A stretch of 23,620 nucleotides of DNA, from the NCBI GenBank assembly GCA_001179505.1, contig CDMY01000757.1:1-23620 (forward strand), written 5' to 3'. Below the pieces are notes generated by a model that was given only the letters and a program-made list of their open reading frames with translations, had not been told where the DNA came from and did not search any database. The position numbers and the translations under genes are program-made. Numbering within the stretch: the stretch's first letter is position 1; each line of letters starts with the position of its first letter. This document shows positions 10,663 to 22,011 of the stretch, in pieces. This stretch comes from Vitrella brassicaformis CCMP3155. Taxonomy: Eukaryota; Protista; Chromerida.

Positions 10663-13158
10663 ATGATGAGAAGGTCAACGGCCGGTAGGGTTTGTGGCCG
10701 TTTGGGGTGGCGGTTTCAACCGGAGGACCTCTCTCAAGTTGACTTAGCTGCCCTACCTCACCACGGCCCTTAAAAGAAGGAAAGTCGGTTCCAATCATCA
10801 TGATGAAGCAGAAGACACGCAAGAAGACGGATGTGGAAGCCCCTGCCTCGAGCAGCGACCAAGTGCATGATGCCAACAAGGAAGCAATCCGAGAAGGAGG
10901 AGACCAGGAGGCAGGACCGCCCACGGCCGAGCCACAAGCGCCGCCCCCCGTGCCATCAGGGGGAAAGAACAAGGTGGCCAGCAAAATAACTCCAATGGAG
11001 GAGACGCCGATGGGTGTCAACGCTGGAAAGGCCTGGGAGAAGGGAAGAGGGAAGGCCCCGAAGGACGAGGGTGTTCCGGATCTGAGACTGTTCATGCAAG
11101 AGAAGCCGGCAGGGCGGGTGAGCCGCAGAGAAATAGATCTACACGACATTGACTCATCGGCGTCTCTGCCTTTCATAGGTCAGACGGGCGAGTCCTCGAG
11201 AGGTCGGGTCAATGTTTCTGCTCTCTTTTATTGATCTGATCCTGACTCTCTCGTTTTTCGGACAGGTGAGTCGCCAGCATGAAATACATCGAGTTGGAAA
11301 ATCTCCTGTCTCTCCCTGGTAGATTCGTGGCTCTGGGGATCGATTGTATAATTTGTATGAGGCGCGATTGGCTGTGTATGGGGCGGATGGGAGTCTTGCG
11401 TCAATCTTGTTGGTCTTTACTCTTTTTGGGGCTGCCGTTCTCGGCGCCACATTTATCAGTGTGGAATGCCTCAAGCAAGACCACTTTAGGTACTGATATT
11501 ACTGATCTCGATGTTCGCAGAAAATGGAGGCCTGTGCCTTCGTTTGTGCCGTGAGCCGGTAGGAAGCTCATGGGTGCCCGCCTTGTCGTCTCAACCTTGC
11601 CGAACATTATCATTCTCTCACTCATTGTAAGCGAGACACGGCAGTCATTCGTACAGGCCAGCGAACAAATGGATTGTGACTTTGGCTTCAGGTGTTTTCT
11701 TCTGAGGGAGGTCTGCGTGTGTTGATTGGCTTCTGCGGCCTTGTCAGTTCGTGCGTGACGGCGGGCGCATGGGCAGGATGGACACGGCAGAAGAACAAAC
11801 ATCATTTGGGGACCACTGTTACCACGGTCAGCGAGTGAATCGCCGCGATAAAGACGCACCTTCTATTCCGTTGCTTCTCTCCGTGCAGTTGCTGGATATC
11901 TTGTGGGGTCTTTGCCTTCTCTACGTCATCGCGTGAGCGACCGGCCCACTTCATGGCGCGCATTTGAATGGAGACGGATGTGTGTGTGCGGATACATAGG
12001 TTGATATCGCTCTACGCCAGCAATGAGGTGTTCTTTCTCCGCACCAAGGACTGCCCTCGCACCTTCAACAAAGCCATGCCTGTGTATGTCAAGAGCGTCG
12101 ACACATGGTACATGCATTGCACATTACACGTGCAGCATCATCATTGCCTTCCCATCTCGTTCATGCCTGCATGCCTTCAGGTTCTGCGCAAAATGGTATC
12201 GGAAAACAGCCATTAATCGGGAACCAGGTGAGCAGGTGTTGAATGACGTCCACGTCTGGCCTGCTGTGACTATTCATGTCATTGGTTGGTTGGCTGGTTG
12301 GTTCACAGATGCGCAGCAGTCACTGATGTGCGACACTACCTACATGGAGCGCTATGGCCTTGTATACGGTGAGCACTGACACGTCAAGGGCGAGAACGAA
12401 CGCATAGGCGTCTTCTCAAATGCTTGGCCCGGGCGTGTTCGTTCTCAGATGGTGTGGAAGTGACGTGTCCGCCCGGCTGCCTCACCACAAACCTCAACAT
12501 ATACGGCTGTGAGGTCAGTCTCTTTACACAATTCCAATGGCGCACACGGGGCACAATTTCATCTTGTCTCCTCCTTGAAATGTATCTTTGCAACAGACCT
12601 ACGGCAGCGACTCGAGCATATGCGTGTCGGCTATCCACGCGGGCCGCATATCAGACGGAGGTGAGCCAACAAGAGCCTCGCTTTCCTCTTTCCGAGGACC
12701 GACCTTGCTGCTGTTTGTTCTTCTGGCTTCTTTGTGTATCTTGTGCTCAGGTGGGACTACAAGAGTGTTCGGTCAGAGGGCATCAGACGCGTTCGAGTCA
12801 TGTCTCAGAAACTCTGTGGTACTTGCCTGCCTGTCTGTCATGTCTTACCGAGACACGAGGCACACCGATTGTCTCGTGTCTGCCGATCCATTGACTGCAG
12901 TCGTCGCTGACGCGCATCAATCCTGGCAACGTCGGGACGTATGGCTTCCACTTCAACACACCCAACACCCAGGGTGGAAAGCAACTCCACCTACGACAAG
13001 GGAATGGCGAAAAGAATGATTTTCGTTTTTTGCCTGTGTCAGAATTCATTTATCTGCAAGAATATGATGTGCTGTCCTCACAAGATGCCCTCGAAGCCGA
13101 CAAGCCGTGGACGCGGATCCGCGTCCGTTTAGCCGCCAAGGTGGCTGCAGTCAAGTAA
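10663..13158 (+). CDS. Multi-exon membrane protein with a C-terminal LCCL domain
   Basis: Low-complexity N-terminus, about 3 hydrophobic helices (SILLVFTLFGAAVLGATFI; VLIGFCGLVSSCVTAGAW; LLDILWGLCLLYVIALISL), then exons 12449-12513, 12597-12660 and 12751 onward giving VTCPPGCLTTNLNIYGCE-TYGSDSSICVSAIHAGRISDG-GTTRV...CLRNS, the LCCL signature. Some middle exons (11180-11690) are not resolved. Confidence 0.85.
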
Positions 13159-13526
13159 GATCACGTGTGCCAGCAAGGAGTGACGCCGGCGTGCCTGCAC
13201 ACCTTCCTCTCTGATTGATGTACAGCATGGAGAACCACTACGTGTTTCTGGGCGAGCGAGGCGGCGACGTTGAAGTGGATCTTTGTGTTCCTCACACGTG
13301 TGAGTAGGGGTGATATACCTTGTCTCCCAGTTCTCGGTGTAGGGAGTGCAGTGCACGCAACTTGAGCAAAGTCAACTCACTTTGACTACCTATCGACCTT
13401 AGCCTTCCTATACAACATGAAGCCCCATTCAAAAATGCGCCACGCACACACGCACAGACCGTCAGACAAATGAATAGGGGAAGGGCCCCCAAGCGAAACC
13501 AGCAAAATCCCCTAAGTCAGTCAGTA

Positions 13527-14815
13527 TTAGTGTCCGCTGCTGAGGCTCCTTTCCCTGCCCTTACACGCATCCTTCACCGTCAGCTGCTTCCTCTCGTCGT
13601 ACTCATGCCCAGATGCACTGGTGTGCCGTCGCACCACAGACGGGTACCACTGAGCCAGAGTGGCAACGAGCTCCCCGTACGACCCTGTCGATATCCCCAC
13701 ACATGATGCAGCACTATGCCTGCAATGCGACTGTGCGTGCTGTCCATTTTGTCCTGTGCTTACGGTTGAAGTCGTCATTCACGAGGAAGAGATCAAACCC
13801 CAGCTCGTGCGCGCGGCACATCTCACCCGTCGCGTTCTGACGATCGACATGAAGGCAATCGCACCACCGATTTACATGTGTTCTCTCCTCTCACATTTAG
13901 ACGCGTGCGAACTTTCTCCTCCTCTTCCGTACCCCTGCACAACGCACCACAGTACTGGTATCCCGTTTGCCAGAGGATGGCTAATTCCCGGCCTCTCTCA
14001 CCTGCCCCTGAGCCTCTTTTCGAGTGCTACGAGGTCGGGTGGCTCGACAAAGACAGTGTGTGCACGGCTGCCCAGAGGGAGTGCCTTTAATTGACGAACA
14101 CCTGCAGGAGAAATGGCCCATATGCCGCTTTTGAGTGCATTGGTCCGTCCGGTCATCTGCGTAGCGCACCCTGTACATCTATCTCCATGAGGCAGATCTT
14201 CCCTTCACGCTGCACCTGAGCGATCGATGCGGACACACAACATCCAAGACGTTGATGTTATCCCAAACCATCGACGGACACGTCAGCATCGCTCGTCTCA
14301 CCCTTCCGACAGCCTCGATCGAGGTTCCGTAGAGATTGCCGTGCACCTCTGCGTGCTCCAGAAACACACCGCGACCAACGTCCTGGCGCAGACAAATACA
14401 ACCGGATGCCCAATCCAGTACCTACCAATATACCCACCACCCTCTTCATCCCACTCGCCCACCGCCATGAACTGGTCCTTGTCGACGAAGAAGTATTCCC
14501 TCCCATGGGCCTCCCCCGGCCGTGCCTTGCGCGTCGTGTGCGACACGCACTTGCGAATGTGAGGGCCGTACGGGGAGTGCATCAGCCGCTCAATCAAAGT
14601 GCCCTGGGGTAAGGACAAAGAGGGACAGTAACGACAACGCTCGATGTCTGCGCTCTTGGTGTTCTTTGTACCTTCCCCACTCCCGACGGTCCGGCAATGA
14701 TGAGCGGCCATGGCGGCCCGTCATCGGTCCGACCACTAGGGCTGTCGCCATCAGGTAGGCACGCGTCTTCGGCAGTCGAAGGGGACGACGAGCATCCCAC
14801 CTCGTCTGTGCGCAT
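13527..14815 (-). CDS. gmk: Guanylate kinase (multi-exon)
   Basis: Spliced motifs LIIAGPSGVGK|GTL, VSHTTRKARPGEAHGREYFFV, FLEHAEVHGNLYGTS, EIDVQG, VFVEPPDLVALEKRLRGRGTE and FDLFLVNDD; stop TAA at 13527-13529. Confidence 0.97.
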
Positions 14816-14992
14816 TCCCCGACTTGTGACCTCGAATCTCCTCTTTGTCTGTGCGAATTCCCCGAGTTTTGTTGTTCTGTTGCCGAGGACGCCAAGAGTT
14901 AAGGTAGCGGAAAACGGGATTTAAAGGGAAACGGGATGGGTGGATAGAAAGGAGAATAGTGACGAAGCGAAAGTAGAGGCGGCAGCTGACCG
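14816..14992. promoter_or_regulatory. Putative bidirectional promoter between guanylate kinase and DGAT2
   Basis: 177 bp between divergent ATGs (14815 - and 14993 +). Confidence 0.55.
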
Positions 14993-16659
14993 ATGGCGGA
15001 GACCACCATGCCGGTACGCGGATCATCTGTGTCGCGCTTAATGAAACTCTTGTGTTGCAGACGGAGCACGCCACAAGCAAGAAAGCGGGAGAGGCAAACC
15101 TTTTGGAGAGCATCGTGGCAATGGTAGCACAAGACAAGAGCGAAAAACAGCGTCTTCCGTCGACCCATTCACACTTGTGTGTGCGGCGTTCAGGCCGTGT
15201 GTGCGTTCATTGCTTCTTTGTACATCACTGTTCCGCTTCTCTGCGTCGTCTTGATCATCGGGCGGCTTTATTTCTCGGTGCACGTGAGTGGTTGCACTGA
15301 CTGAAGTCACACGTGTGCGCGTCTGAATGGTCTGAAATGCGCACCATGTGCCGTGATTTGTCTTGTGCGAGTGCAGGCGTGTGGGTACCTGTTGCTTGTC
15401 CTGGTGTCGATGGCTTTGCTGCCTGCCGTCGATTCGAGGGCATTGAGGACGTCGTGGGTCTTTCTGGCGGTTGCAAAGTACTTCTCTGCAGAGATCTTGC
15501 ATGGTAAGATCCGGCATGGAATACGCCACATGAATCATATCATGTGCGAGTGACGTTGGGTGTTCAGACGTGCCTGCCGAGGAGCTGCTTGCGAATCCCA
15601 AGCGCTATCTCGTGGCGATCGTCCCACACGGGCTCATATCATTCGGCGGCTTGTCTGCCGCTGGTACGACACTCCCGATGCCTACCTTTTCTCGATCATT
15701 TGTTTCATCGATGTCCTTTTGCTGTTGAAAATAGCGATGGATCCGCCCATCTACGGTCCTCCGCCCCCCCTCCTGACCACACACACACACACACACCCAT
15801 ATGTGTCGATTCGATCCATGTGCAGGTCCCACGGCAGCAGCAGAGATTGTCCTGAGATTGCCGTTCCTTCGCCACATCTTCGGCGTCTTTTCGATGATCC
15901 GCGCCGACAAGACGTCGATCGTCAAAACTCTGAAGAGAGACAACGTTATTGTCTATACAGGTCGTGTGCCCGCGGACACTCAACCGCAGATGTAAGTGGG
16001 AGTGTGCATGTGAATGTGTTCCAGGCGGAATCGCCGAACTGTTTCTGTCCGACCGAAGAAAAGAAGAGCTGTATCTGCTGAAGCGGAAGGGCTTCATACG
16101 CGCAGCAATCGCGGGCAACGCAGACATTCTCCCGGTACCCGCGATGGTTGTGCATATTCACAATCATTGTATACATTCGATGTGATTGCTTTGTCGGTGA
16201 TGGCTGTACACATTCACACCAACCACGACAGGTGTACCTCTTCGGGAACACGCAGATGTACGAAGTGTCACATGCACGATGGATCCAGGTGGGTGCACGT
16301 CATCGTCACAGACGCAGTGTAGAGGTATCAGGCGTTCTTTCGGTAGGTACTGTCACGGACTCTGCGCATGTCGCTGTGCGTCTACTGGGGCAGATTCTTT
16401 TCCTTCGTTCCATTCAGGTAGGTGTGGGTAGGTGGATCAGAAAGCCCGACAAACCCTCTGTACGTGTGCTGGCTGCAGGACCAAGGTGCTGTTTGCCGTT
16501 GGAAAGCCGATCAAAGTGAACATCTCGCCCGACACGGAGCCAACGCAGCTCGAGGTCGACCTCTATCACGACAGATTCGTCAACGAGATCAAGCGGCTTT
16601 TCGACACTTACAAAGAGGATCTTCCAGCATACAAGGACAAGACTCTCACCATCACATGA
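14993..16659 (+). CDS. DGAT2: Diacylglycerol O-acyltransferase 2 / DAGAT-family acyltransferase (multi-exon)
   Basis: Spliced: MAETTMP|TEHATSK..., N-terminal hydrophobic helices, KYFSAEIL, RYLVAIVPHGLISFGG (HPHG-like), LRLPFLRHIF, YTGGIAELF, KRKGFIRAA, DILPVYLFGNT, WGRFFSFVPF, VGKPI, and YHDRFVNEIKRLFDTYK. Confidence 0.93.
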
Positions 16660-17258
16660 CCGACCAACGCCGTGGGTGGCCTTGTTTTTGCCCAAGATAT
16701 GCACTAAAGATGTGCATGTTGTGCATGTCCGCGGCCTTGGTTGGTTACTGATGGGTGATGACGCGGCGTTCTTGTGAACAGAAATTAACAGACGTATCAT
16801 CACCGACACGCCATATCAAAAGGAAGAACCACCTGACGGCGCTAACCTAGCTGAAGACACACATCTTGCTCCACAGCAAGTAGAAATACAATGGCATCAG
16901 TTCGTCCCTCCCTCCCTCCCGACAGACGTCATAGCAACCTCACTCAATTGTGGGAGACGGCGGCAACAGGAACAGTGATGACCTCCCTGGCCGAAAATTT
17001 AAGTCGTGATGAGCTTTCCTTCTTCTGCTACGCTCATGACTGCAACCGAATAGATGTCATTACAAGGCGAGACACGAACAATTCGCAGTCTTGCACCTGT
17101 TTGCTTAGTCTAAATTTTGAATTTATCCTTCTCTGGTGCACACGTGAGTGACCCCTGTGTGTCTACTGCTCGTGTCACGAGCCTCCTCAAGGTCATCTGA
17201 TTCTGTGAGGGTTAGCAAGGGGTTTCGTTGAAAACAACCCGGTTGTGGGAAGGTAGCA

Positions 17259-18046
17259 AGTCATATATAGTGTGAGGAAATGTGTTATACCCCGCTGAGA
17301 GATCTTGATGACCTGCAAGGGTGCACAAGCAGGCAGATCAACCAGGGAAGCAGTGCTGCAGTACACTGTGAACACTGAAAGTGCACTCACATCTGACGTG
17401 AAAACACGAAACAATCAATGAGGTCCACAGTAGAAAAACAGCCATTGATTGTTTCGTGCACCCGCAACGCTGGTAGCGGTTTCAGGGAGCACCCTAGGTG
17501 GCCTGACGGCCAACTCCTGTCTCTGTCAAGTCCTCTGTGTCTCTCCCAAGACAAAAACACGCACCCTTACATGCAACACAGACACGCAACACATTTCCTC
17601 ACACTATATATGACTATGGCTTGGTCCAGCAAGAAAGGCCAAGCCATAGGCGCTGTTTCTTGCTGGACCAAGCCATAGGCGCTGCGAAGACCCTCCTTCG
17701 GTTTCACGCGTGGCACTAATGACAGGTTTCGTGAAACCGCTCTCGGCTGATGACCAACCCTGATGTCTTCACACTCAAAAAAACTCCACTGGTGGGCGCC
17801 ACCACAGCACACTGATCAACGATATGTATGCGGGATCTGCATGTGTTCTAATCGCAGGATGCAGCATATGTTCTAATCTCATCGTCTCCTGATGGCCATC
17901 CTGGTGTGGACCGTAGCGATGATGACTGTTTCGTCTGTTTCGTCTGTTCACGGCGAACGTGAGCACCCTCATGGTTCACAGTCCACTGCTTCTCTGGTTG
18001 ATCTGCCTGCTTGTGCACCCTTGCAGGTCATCAAGATCTCTCAGCG
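17259..18046. repeat. Interleaved inverted repeats and a hairpin with direct repeat
   Basis: IR-A 17259-17286 / 17588-17615 (28 bp perfect); IR-B 17293-17355 / 17984-18046 (about 63 bp, 1 mismatch); hairpin 17614-17636 / 17656-17678 (23 bp perfect); direct repeat ccaagccataggcgctg at 17639 and 17668. Confidence 0.9.
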
Positions 18047-18256
18047 TTCGTGTCTCCGCACTCGGCTCTGACTCGCAAGAGCACCTCAGGTATTTAAGTA
18101 CTGAAAATGGGACTGCACAATCACGACTGTTGGACTGCATGTCCGTCTGCATCCGTGACAGGTTTGCGGCCGTCGTTGCTGTACCGTTGCCGGGCCCTTA
18201 AGAGACGCACACGCCTCATCTCTCACCGTGCGGGCAGCTCACTTCGCGTCCTTCAC

Positions 18257-20369
18257 ATGAGTGAGGATGACGGGGAACAGGACAAGCCCAATGAGCATGT
18301 GCGCCACTTCTTCCTTCGATGTGTTTGCGTATGACTATGCAGACGCCGGTGTTGGACAAGCCCACCGCTTTCGCGACTTTCCGATCACAGAAAGCCACAT
18401 CATCTCACTGGACAAGCTCACGGACTCAGGCAGTCAGCGCGACTCTCCACTTGTGCCCACACTCGTCTCAGACTCCCCGTCCGTCCGGACGACAGTCTGC
18501 CGTCCAGAGCCTGATGTCTACGTCGGCCTCAAAAGAGTGCAGCAAAAGGTCGAGAACTAAATTCTACCCCTATTCGAGCTCGCTGACACGGATCTCCTGC
18601 GGGTGGGCCCTGCGGCGCTGACGCGGTTCGCGAGAGGGGGCAAAACTCGGTGTCTGAAGGTGCTCGGGGCCGAGCTGCAACGGAAGGGCAAGCCGGTGCT
18701 TTTCATCACGTTCAATGGACGTACCATTATGTCAGAGGCAGAGCAAGACCTCCACAAGCGCAGCGAGTTGACTCTGCTGGACTCGATGGTGCTGCGGATG
18801 ACGTGGGCTTGTGCAACAGGGGAGACAGTCGCGAGTCTGGCGAAGCAGATCGGCAAGGACCTGGGTGACATCTCGTTCGAAGACTGGAGAGACCACGTCT
18901 CTCTTGATCGGCTCCTTCTGGAGAGATGGCTCATCGGTCCCCTCATACTCATCGTGGATGAGCTCAACATGCTTCTCACGAAGGAGACCCTGGCGACACT
19001 GGATGTGGAGGGATCAGAGGACCCGATGGGGGCGAAAGCGCTGGCTGGCTTCATCAGGTCTAGGTGTCTGGGCCCGAAAGATCGCTTCTTCATCTTCAGT
19101 AGTCACGTCGCTACCGTGGGGAGAAGCATCGGGAATTATTGGGTGAACAGCAGAAGCGCCCGCAAAGTCTACAAGGTCCAGCTCCCGCGTATCGAGACGC
19201 TAGCCGAGGCAGCGGCCATCAGCCCCTCCGCCGACCATGGTGAGATTCTAGCAAGAACAAGCTGAGGAAGCTTGCTCTGAGTATCTGCTTTTTCTGTTTG
19301 CCTTTCAGGGGAGATATGCTGGACTGGCCGAGCACCTGCGCTGCTCTTTCAGCTGTACCTACAGAGCGCGACCTCCCGCGACGAGGACGATGTGCTGGCC
19401 TACTTCTCTGTCAGCACATCGATTGTCGACGCATCTACAGCCAAAGCTGTCATCCGCTCGGCGATTGTGGGGGACCTAAAGGCTCCCTCGCCTAAGGCCC
19501 CATACATTGAGTCGCTCGGCACGATGGCGGCGAATCTGGACGTCTATGGTAATGGATGTGTGTGGCCTCCCTGCTACCTGGGCCAGGCTTGCACGGACTT
19601 GGGCACGTCAATCTATGTCAAGGAGCAGCTTGGCTACCACTTTGCTGCCGATATCGGCCAGGTGGACCGATTCCTGAGACAGCTGCTGGAGCCCCGAGGC
19701 TCTGGAAAGCGGTGGGAGGGGGTGGCGGCGGCTGCCGTACTTCTACGACTGCTGGACAGCCACATTACGGCAATGGATGGATCCGAGTCGCCCACATCGT
19801 TGCTGACCGGCATGCCAGCAGACCTTCTGCCGCCTCCGGTGACAAGTAACCGTGGCTGCCCATTCGGAGGCTTTGTGGAATCGCCGGATTCAAAGAGGGA
19901 CCTGCCGCAGCTCATCGAGTGGTTCAATGGCGATGGAGTGCGCAAGGACATGAACGAAGGCTACGTGACTTACCTCGTCAAGCCCAAGAGCCCCCAATTC
20001 GAGGGCTGGGATTTCTTTGTCTTCGTCGTCGAGGACGGGGAGCTGCGCCACATCTGGGGCTACCAGTGCAAAGAAGCGACTGACTCTCCGGACAGCAGGA
20101 AGCCAACGATCGAGCGGGCTCTCCAGGCCCTCGAGAATGAGGGTCTTCTCGATGGCGGCCTGGACATTCACACCGTGTGGATGCAAAGCGATGCACCGAC
20201 TTCCTTCGACACAGCCAAGGCTGAGTCAGATCAAGCTGCTCGACCTGACAAAACGGACGACATCAACGGCACGCCGCTGTACTATCCTTCTCAGTCGTCT
20301 CTGAGGGTGTTCGTGGGATTTTCCCTGGCCGAGACCTGTCCATTCAGCTTTGTAACGGGACGAGCATGA
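18257..20369 (+). pseudogene. Crinkler/CR-effector-like P-loop NTPase plus PD-(D/E)xK restriction-endonuclease-fold protein, apparently disabled
   Basis: Walker A-like RFARGGKT (about 18624-18647) and Walker B LILIVDE (about 18945-18962). A GT-AG intron at 19240-19308 joins in frame to WTGRAPALL. C-terminal FEGWDFFVF...WGYQCKE nuclease motif. In-frame TAA at 18558-18560 (KVEN*ILPLF) and a probable frameshift at about 18310. Confidence 0.7.
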
Positions 20370-21056
20370 GTGAGGGAGGCGGGGGGACGGTGTGCGTTGA
20401 CGGTCGCCTGAGATAGATGGATGGCCTTTTGCTGCCTGACATTTTACCTGTCAGATCTTTCTTTTTTTTCCTCCTAAGTAGTTCATGTGAGCTGTGCGCA
20501 TGATCACTGAATTTGAGTGGATGGGTTCGTGTCTCACAACGAAGCAAAGTGACATGGGTCCTTATTGTTGGGACATCTTATTATGTGATTTTGGAGGTCT
20601 GGATGTTCGGGACTGAAAAGTCTTGACGGAACGGGGACTAACACACTTCGTGGCCAGTTCTCTGTGTATACTCTGTGTATACTCTGAAATCGATTACATT
20701 TCATGCGAGAAGTTTCGACGCACAGCATACGATCCGCAACAATGCACAGGCTGGCATGTGCACACACAGAGGAAGCCGAGTAGACGAATTGAGTGTTTGG
20801 ATACCCACAGGGGACAAACATTTCAGGGCACATCAAAACGAACATATGCACACAAGGGTGACCAAAGAGGAGAAGAAAAGCATACAGTCGGTTGTTGGGG
20901 TTGTCGTCAGGTGCGTGGGGTGATGCCGAGGCTGTGCAGAGACACATCCGCATTGAATGCATTCACACACTCACACGCAGAGGGGTCAAGACACGCAGAA
21001 GCTCACATGCACACACTCACAGTGTGGTACACGCATCAACACCACGCACAGGGAGG

Positions 21057-21873
21057 TTATATTGTTTTCCGTCCTTTTCCCTTGCCCTTCTGCTGCGGTG
21101 CTGACCTTTTCTGGGCTAACTTCTTTGCCAACGACCATTCCTTATCCGTGGTCTCCCTCAGCAGCCTTTGCTCATCTGCTGTAGACAGCAAAGGCCTGAG
21201 TGAAAGCACACACACCAGGTCCCTCACCAGCCCTCTCAACCTCTCTTTCCTCTTCTGTTTCGATTCCAGCAGCCAGCTCTCTTGGTACGTAAAAATGGGA
21301 GTGAGAAGCGCATGCACCTTTGCTCTCGTCTTCCTCTTGTCCTCTTCTACTTTCCTGAGCTTAGAAAAGTCCCCACCCTGTGGAAACAACAGAGAGCAAT
21401 CGCTCTCCATGTCCTCCAGGCGGCTGACAAGAGTGTGCACACTGCCAAAGGACAAGTACATGCATTCACAATCAAACAGAATAGAAGGACACGTAACAGG
21501 GAGAGACTGAAGTATGTGCTGACCTAACCAGAAGGCTGATTCACCCCTGTCCCCCCAGAGCTTCCCGTCGTCATTCACAGTGGCAAGCCAATGCAAGTGC
21601 GTTTGACACAGCAGTGCACATCTTAGGTGGGAAAGCTGGCTTCACATCTATTGCAAGACGAACTTTCTTTTCTATCTGGTCGTACACACTGATATCGGGA
21701 TAGCCGGTGAACAAAATGTTCGCTATCTCATCGTCAAAACGAAATCTCAGATCTTTCTCCCTTTTGACGACAAGACCTTTGACAAGGCACAGAGGAAGAA
21801 AGTGCTTTCGAAGCCAGTTAGTGAAAAACAGCTTCATCGGATTCTCGTCTTTGAACGTGACACAGTCATCTGG
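21057..21873 (-). pseudogene. PD-(D/E)xK nuclease-fold (CR-REase-like) gene fragment with frameshift
   Basis: FTGYPDISVYDQIEKKVRLAIDVK (PD...DxK), then a +1 frameshift at about 21633 into HLRCALLCQTHLHWLA...PSILFDCECMY. Upstream exons are not found before the retrotransposon. Confidence 0.5.
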
Positions 21874-21994
21874 CTGGTGGTGGTGGTTAAGGGTAAGATT
21901 GTCCGTGTGTCCATACGCTGGGACGGTCGATTACATGTTCGCATCCAAACTATTGACAGCAACGATCAAAGCATTCGCTACCTACCCATTCACG

Positions 21995-22011
21995 CCCACC
22001 CACCCACCCCC
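21995..22011 (-). other. G-quadruplex-forming motif
   Basis: GGGGGTGGGTGGGTGGG on the minus strand, 5 nt after the retroelement stop codon. Confidence 0.7.

Noticed and set aside
14899-15168. Minus-strand ORF MGRRKTLFFALVLC as a signal or plastid-targeting leader for guanylate kinase
   Set aside because: It overlaps the well-supported first DGAT2 exons on the opposite strand, and guanylate kinase has its own in-frame ATG at 14815.
17259-17690. Repeats as a CRISPR-like array
   Set aside because: The repeats are inverted or irregular with no repeat-spacer periodicity, and the context is eukaryotic.
18558-18560. Stop-codon reassignment (TAA/TAG read as sense) as explanation for internal stops
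   Set aside because: Guanylate kinase terminates at TAA, and the long conserved exons contain no internal TAA or TAG.
20660-20686. 11-bp tandem (ctctgtgtata x2.5) and scattered (CA)n tracts
   Set aside because: Ordinary microsatellite or slippage repeats.
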